A DNA stretch of 63,226 bases, filler included, from Squatina squatina (taxonomy: Eukaryota), in assembly GCA_031763465.1 (NCBI GenBank). It is 4 parts of 4 records of this genome, joined end to end, with 100 filler letters (N's around TTAATTAATTAA, not from the genome) between each part and the next. Parts side by side here need not be neighbours in the genome. Positions count along the whole stretch, not along the records: positions 50,772 to 63,226 come from JARFOE010000192.1; 3 more parts are not named here. One strand, given 5' to 3'. Below are positions 59,936 through 63,226 of this stretch, one piece after another. The notes beneath the pieces were generated by a model. It worked only from the letters and a program-made list of their open reading frames with translations. It searched no databases and was not told where the DNA came from. Positions within the stretch are counted from its first letter, which is position 1. The number at the start of each line of letters is the position of its first letter. A program made the position numbers and the translations under genes.

Positions 59936-62599
59936 CGGTGTAAGAATCGGGCCAAAATGGTGGGGTTTTGAGATCATAAAACCGGGACCACGCAACATGG
60001 AACAAAATGGTGGACATGGGTTAGGAATTTTAAAACACAGACCACGAACTGGCAGGTAGTGNNNNNNNNNNNNNNNNNNNNNNNNNNNNNNNNNNNNNNN
60101 NNNNNNNNNNNNNNNNNNNNNNNNNNNNNNNNNNNNNNNNNNNNNNNNNNNNNNNNNNNNNCAATAACGAGCCCCTTTAAGGGCTGAGGTGGCCTGACAC
60201 ATGATTGCAGCTCCTTCGATCGATTGGTGAATTGGCCCACTGAAATCACTAAAGCTTAATTAGCGCTGATCAGGCACCCATTGACGCTCATTTCTGGACC
60301 AGTTTTTAAGCTGCCCGAAAAAAATTGTCAAAGAGCCGAATACCGCGAAATAGTGGGGTAGTGCAAAATGGACACAAAAATCACACTTTTTGATCCCCTT
60401 GCGTTTAAAACGCTGCGCAGACCAATTGGGCACCCCCAGTATTTTGGTGCTGCCTGCTGATTTAAATGAGCGCAACTCAGAAGCTCACGTGCATTGAGCT
60501 ATTTCCGGCAGTAACATCAGCAGGAGGCCGAAGGTCGCAGCTAAAGGATCGGTGCGGCTTTTCGGGTAGTCACCTTATTAACAGTTACACCCCCACCTCC
60601 TCCCCATCACCATGCATCCTCCCCGTCACCATGCGCAGACAATATAAGGCTATTTCCCGTCTTTCTAAGATATGGGGCTAGTTGAGAATTTAACATTTTG
60701 AATAAGAACAAAATTACCCTCTATAAATCTTAATATTTCTTTGTTTGGTGGGTGCATCAGCATTTTGTTGATGTAAACTCGAATTTGATGAAAAGATCAA
60801 AAAAAACAAACTCAATTAAGCAGCAATGAAAACAAAGCTAGCACAATCTGAATTTTTGCAATAAACTGAAAGACAATTGAAGTCAGTTATTTGGGTGTAA
60901 CTTATTTAAAAGTAGCACGGTAAATGTGAATTGTACAGAATGTTTACTGTAAGTAAGCTGACAACTCACTGCCGCTTTCTCCCAGCTCTACTCACTGTCA
61001 AAGGCTGCGTGCATGGGCGTGCTTTGGAGAGGGCGGTAAGAGGATCGGTGCTGTCCAAAATCGATGAGTTTGTGTCAATTTGGCATTGCACGCCGATTGA
61101 TGTCACGTTCTTGGTAATTATAATACTTGTGCCTCGCATAGGCAAAGCAGCTCTACTGACCTGCCCAATATGGCGACTAGCGTGTTCCGAGCTGGAAGTG
61201 AGCAGGAGCGAAGTGGCCACCATTTTTCCTTGAAAACGGCCTTAATGTCCACGCTAAAGATTCCAATTTCTATACCCATATCTGCATTATCCTGTATATC
61301 TGACCTTGCAGCATGGGAAACTTGCACAAAATAGATGTTTATTGTTGTTATGTAGCAGCTAACTTTCAATATCAAAATTGATCCCTAGCAGTCTCCGTGC
61401 TTTCATCATGATTGGTTTGTTTAAAATTTCCAGCAACAATAGTGCTTGGTTCAGTTGCTGACATTTATAAGAACCTAATGGAGAAAAATGCTTGGTCTCC
61501 TTTATTCAACGTGACCTGCAGAATCAAACACCAAACTGTTTACAGTGTGTCATAAATCGTTACAGCACTCCTGATGAATTGAGAACAGTGTTTAGCAATA
61601 TCAGAGCATACAGCCACCAGCTAGAACATTCTCAAGTAAAATACATCCCTTTCCAAGGCAATTCTTATTTCCTTGCTATCCCCATACCATGAATGCACTT
61701 CAAATCATGTCTGAATCTGATCACGATCACAAAATTCCAACTGATCCTATATAAAACCTGGCACCACACAGTACAAAAAAACTTCATAGCAGATTTATTT
61801 AAAGGCGTGAGAAAAAAATTCACAAAAATAAAATTATAATTTATTACTTTCCTTCACTTTAAGAATATTTTTTTACTGATTTCTTCCTATGCAGTAGTTT
61901 CCTCTTTGCTATTGTTACCTAGCTGGTTTAAACATTTTTATTAAATATTTACGGACCAAAATTGCAGTGGTAACTGCCACGAGGCGGGAGATCCTGCACC
62001 AGGCGATATTGGNNNNNNNNNNNNNNNNNNNNNNNNNNNNNNNNNNNNNNNNNNNNNNNNNNNNNNNNNNNNNNNNNNNNNNNNNNNNNNNNNNNNNNNN
62101 NNNNNNNNNNNNTCCAATTCCTTCAAATTTTATAGGACCATTGTTCTTTTCCTCACCCCTCTCCACCGGCTCCAATTTTATACTGACACTTTCTATTACT
62201 CCCAGCCTTCCAAATTCACCTCGACATTCTCTGGCACGCAATACAGCTCCCTCCTCCCAGTGTGCCACTGCTACCCCGGTCACAACTGCTCCAAGCAATT
62301 GAACATTGCTGCACATTTTGGGTGGGAATTCTCGCAACTACCCTCACTGTGTAGCGGCAAATCAATCAATCACATGGAGCAGCAGCAGAAAGTAGAAAGG
62401 GGAGGAGGAGCGGGAACTATGTTGAGGGGATAGGAAGACACTGGCAGTGGTCTCTGTAGTTTGAATAATTCTAGTTTTCAAGCTGGATCCAGCCTGCAGG
62501 TCATAGTTTGGACACCCCCGATACATATCCTAGTCCATGACAACTCGTTGAAGGCTATCCAAAAGTAAGCAAGTGAAATAAATCTTCATGGATATTTAC

Positions 62600-62742
62600 T
62601 TTTCTAAAGTCTGCCCAAACAAATAATCCTGCTGAGCTTCGAAGAACTGGAATCCCAAGTGCAGCCAGACCATCAACGATAATGTGGTGCGCTTCTCTCA
62701 GACGTCTTCGGTTTGTTGACAGAAATGTTTTGTTTATCCATT
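62600..62742 (-). CDS. ACC-synthase-like PLP-dependent protein (ACCS/ACCSL family), exon (E)WINKTFLSTNRRRLREAHHIIVDGLAALGIPVLRSSAGLFVWADFRK
   Basis: CTTTTGTACAG|...AAA|GTAAAT; 143 bp; aligns with the human ACCS segment WINQVYLPENHARL...LGIPFL...AGFFIWVDLRK. Confidence 0.88.
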
Positions 62743-62826
62743 CTGTACAAAAGAGCAAAGACTACATGTGTAAATGGATCTCCTAAGGAAAATAAGAGCT
62801 TTTTTTAATAAATTTATCTTGCATAC

Positions 62827-62968
62827 CTCTATCAGCAATTAGCTGACTCAGAACATACTGAATTGGTCCTGGGCATCCATGGAAACTGGCCAATTGATTA
62901 AGAGCAGAACGGATCTCTTTGTTCCTTGTATGCAAGACTGCAACTCGAATCCCACACATGGCAAAATC
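62827..62968 (-). CDS. ACCS/ACCSL-family exon DFAMCGIRVAVLHTRNKEIRSALNQLASFHGCPGPIQYVLSQLIADR
   Basis: CACTTGAAG|GAT...AGAG|GTATGC; 142 bp; in frame with the next exon across an 84-bp intron; (K)DFxxxGxR PLP-site motif of class I aminotransferases/ACC synthases. Confidence 0.88.
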
Positions 62969-63139
62969 CTTCAAGTGGACGGACAATAAAATGATGAATA
63001 AAATTATACTTGAGACAGCTACATTTCTTAAATAAGTGCAGATTTAAAACATTACCAATTTCAGAACTGTGACTAGATTAAATCAGGCAGTGTCATTAAT
63101 TTAATAATCTCAGTACAACGTGCAATAAAAGTACAACAG

Positions 63140-63226
63140 TTATCATGGCTGACTTTAATCTACATATAGATTGGACTAACCAAATTGGTAACAGTACTGT
63201 GGAGGAGGATTTTCTGGAGTGTATAC
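63140..63226 (+). mobile_element. CR1 endonuclease fragment (cut by window end)
   Basis: VIMADFNLHIDWTNQIGNSTVEEDFLECI, same family as 31182-31550. Confidence 0.85.

Noticed and set aside
60931-61375. ORFs as further ACCS-like exons
   Set aside because: No EPGWFR or other ACCS motif; the sequence carries MITE-type motifs.
27938-63226. Functional clustering of INTS11, MSH3 and SLC6A3 as a novel system
   Set aside because: They lie on different scaffolds joined by artificial spacers.

Overview
Eukaryotic (vertebrate) genomic DNA, almost certainly from a cartilaginous fish (shark-type Deu-domain SINEs, CR1/L2/Tx1 LINEs, Penelope-like and PIF/Harbinger repeats). It is not one contiguous locus: three artificial 44N-TTAATTAATTAA-44N spacers split it into four scaffolds (1-13903, 14004-27837, 27938-50671, 50772-63226), each further broken by 10-N, 100-N and sized gaps, so genes appear as isolated exons. 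Scaffold 1 is mostly repeats with no gene I can identify. Scaffold 2 resembles human 1p36.33: one SDF4 exon, one TNF-receptor-family exon, a GC-rich 13-finger C2H2 zinc-finger exon (minus strand) and eight INTS11 (CPSF3L) exons. Scaffold 3 has one MSH3 exon and several decayed Harbinger transposon pieces. Scaffold 4 has two SLC6A3 (dopamine transporter) exons and two exons of an ACC-synthase-like (ACCS family) gene. Main observations: a truncated tandem duplicate of INTS11 exon 3 that keeps its splice acceptor and reads into a stop (candidate poison exon); minimal hammerhead-ribozyme motifs in the Penelope-associated repeat; an OX40/4-1BB-like exon in the syntenic SDF4 position; and a probably spurious gap inside the zinc-finger ORF. 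I found no wholly new biological system that the sequence alone can prove. Comparisons to human proteins and exon sizes are from memory, not from a search.
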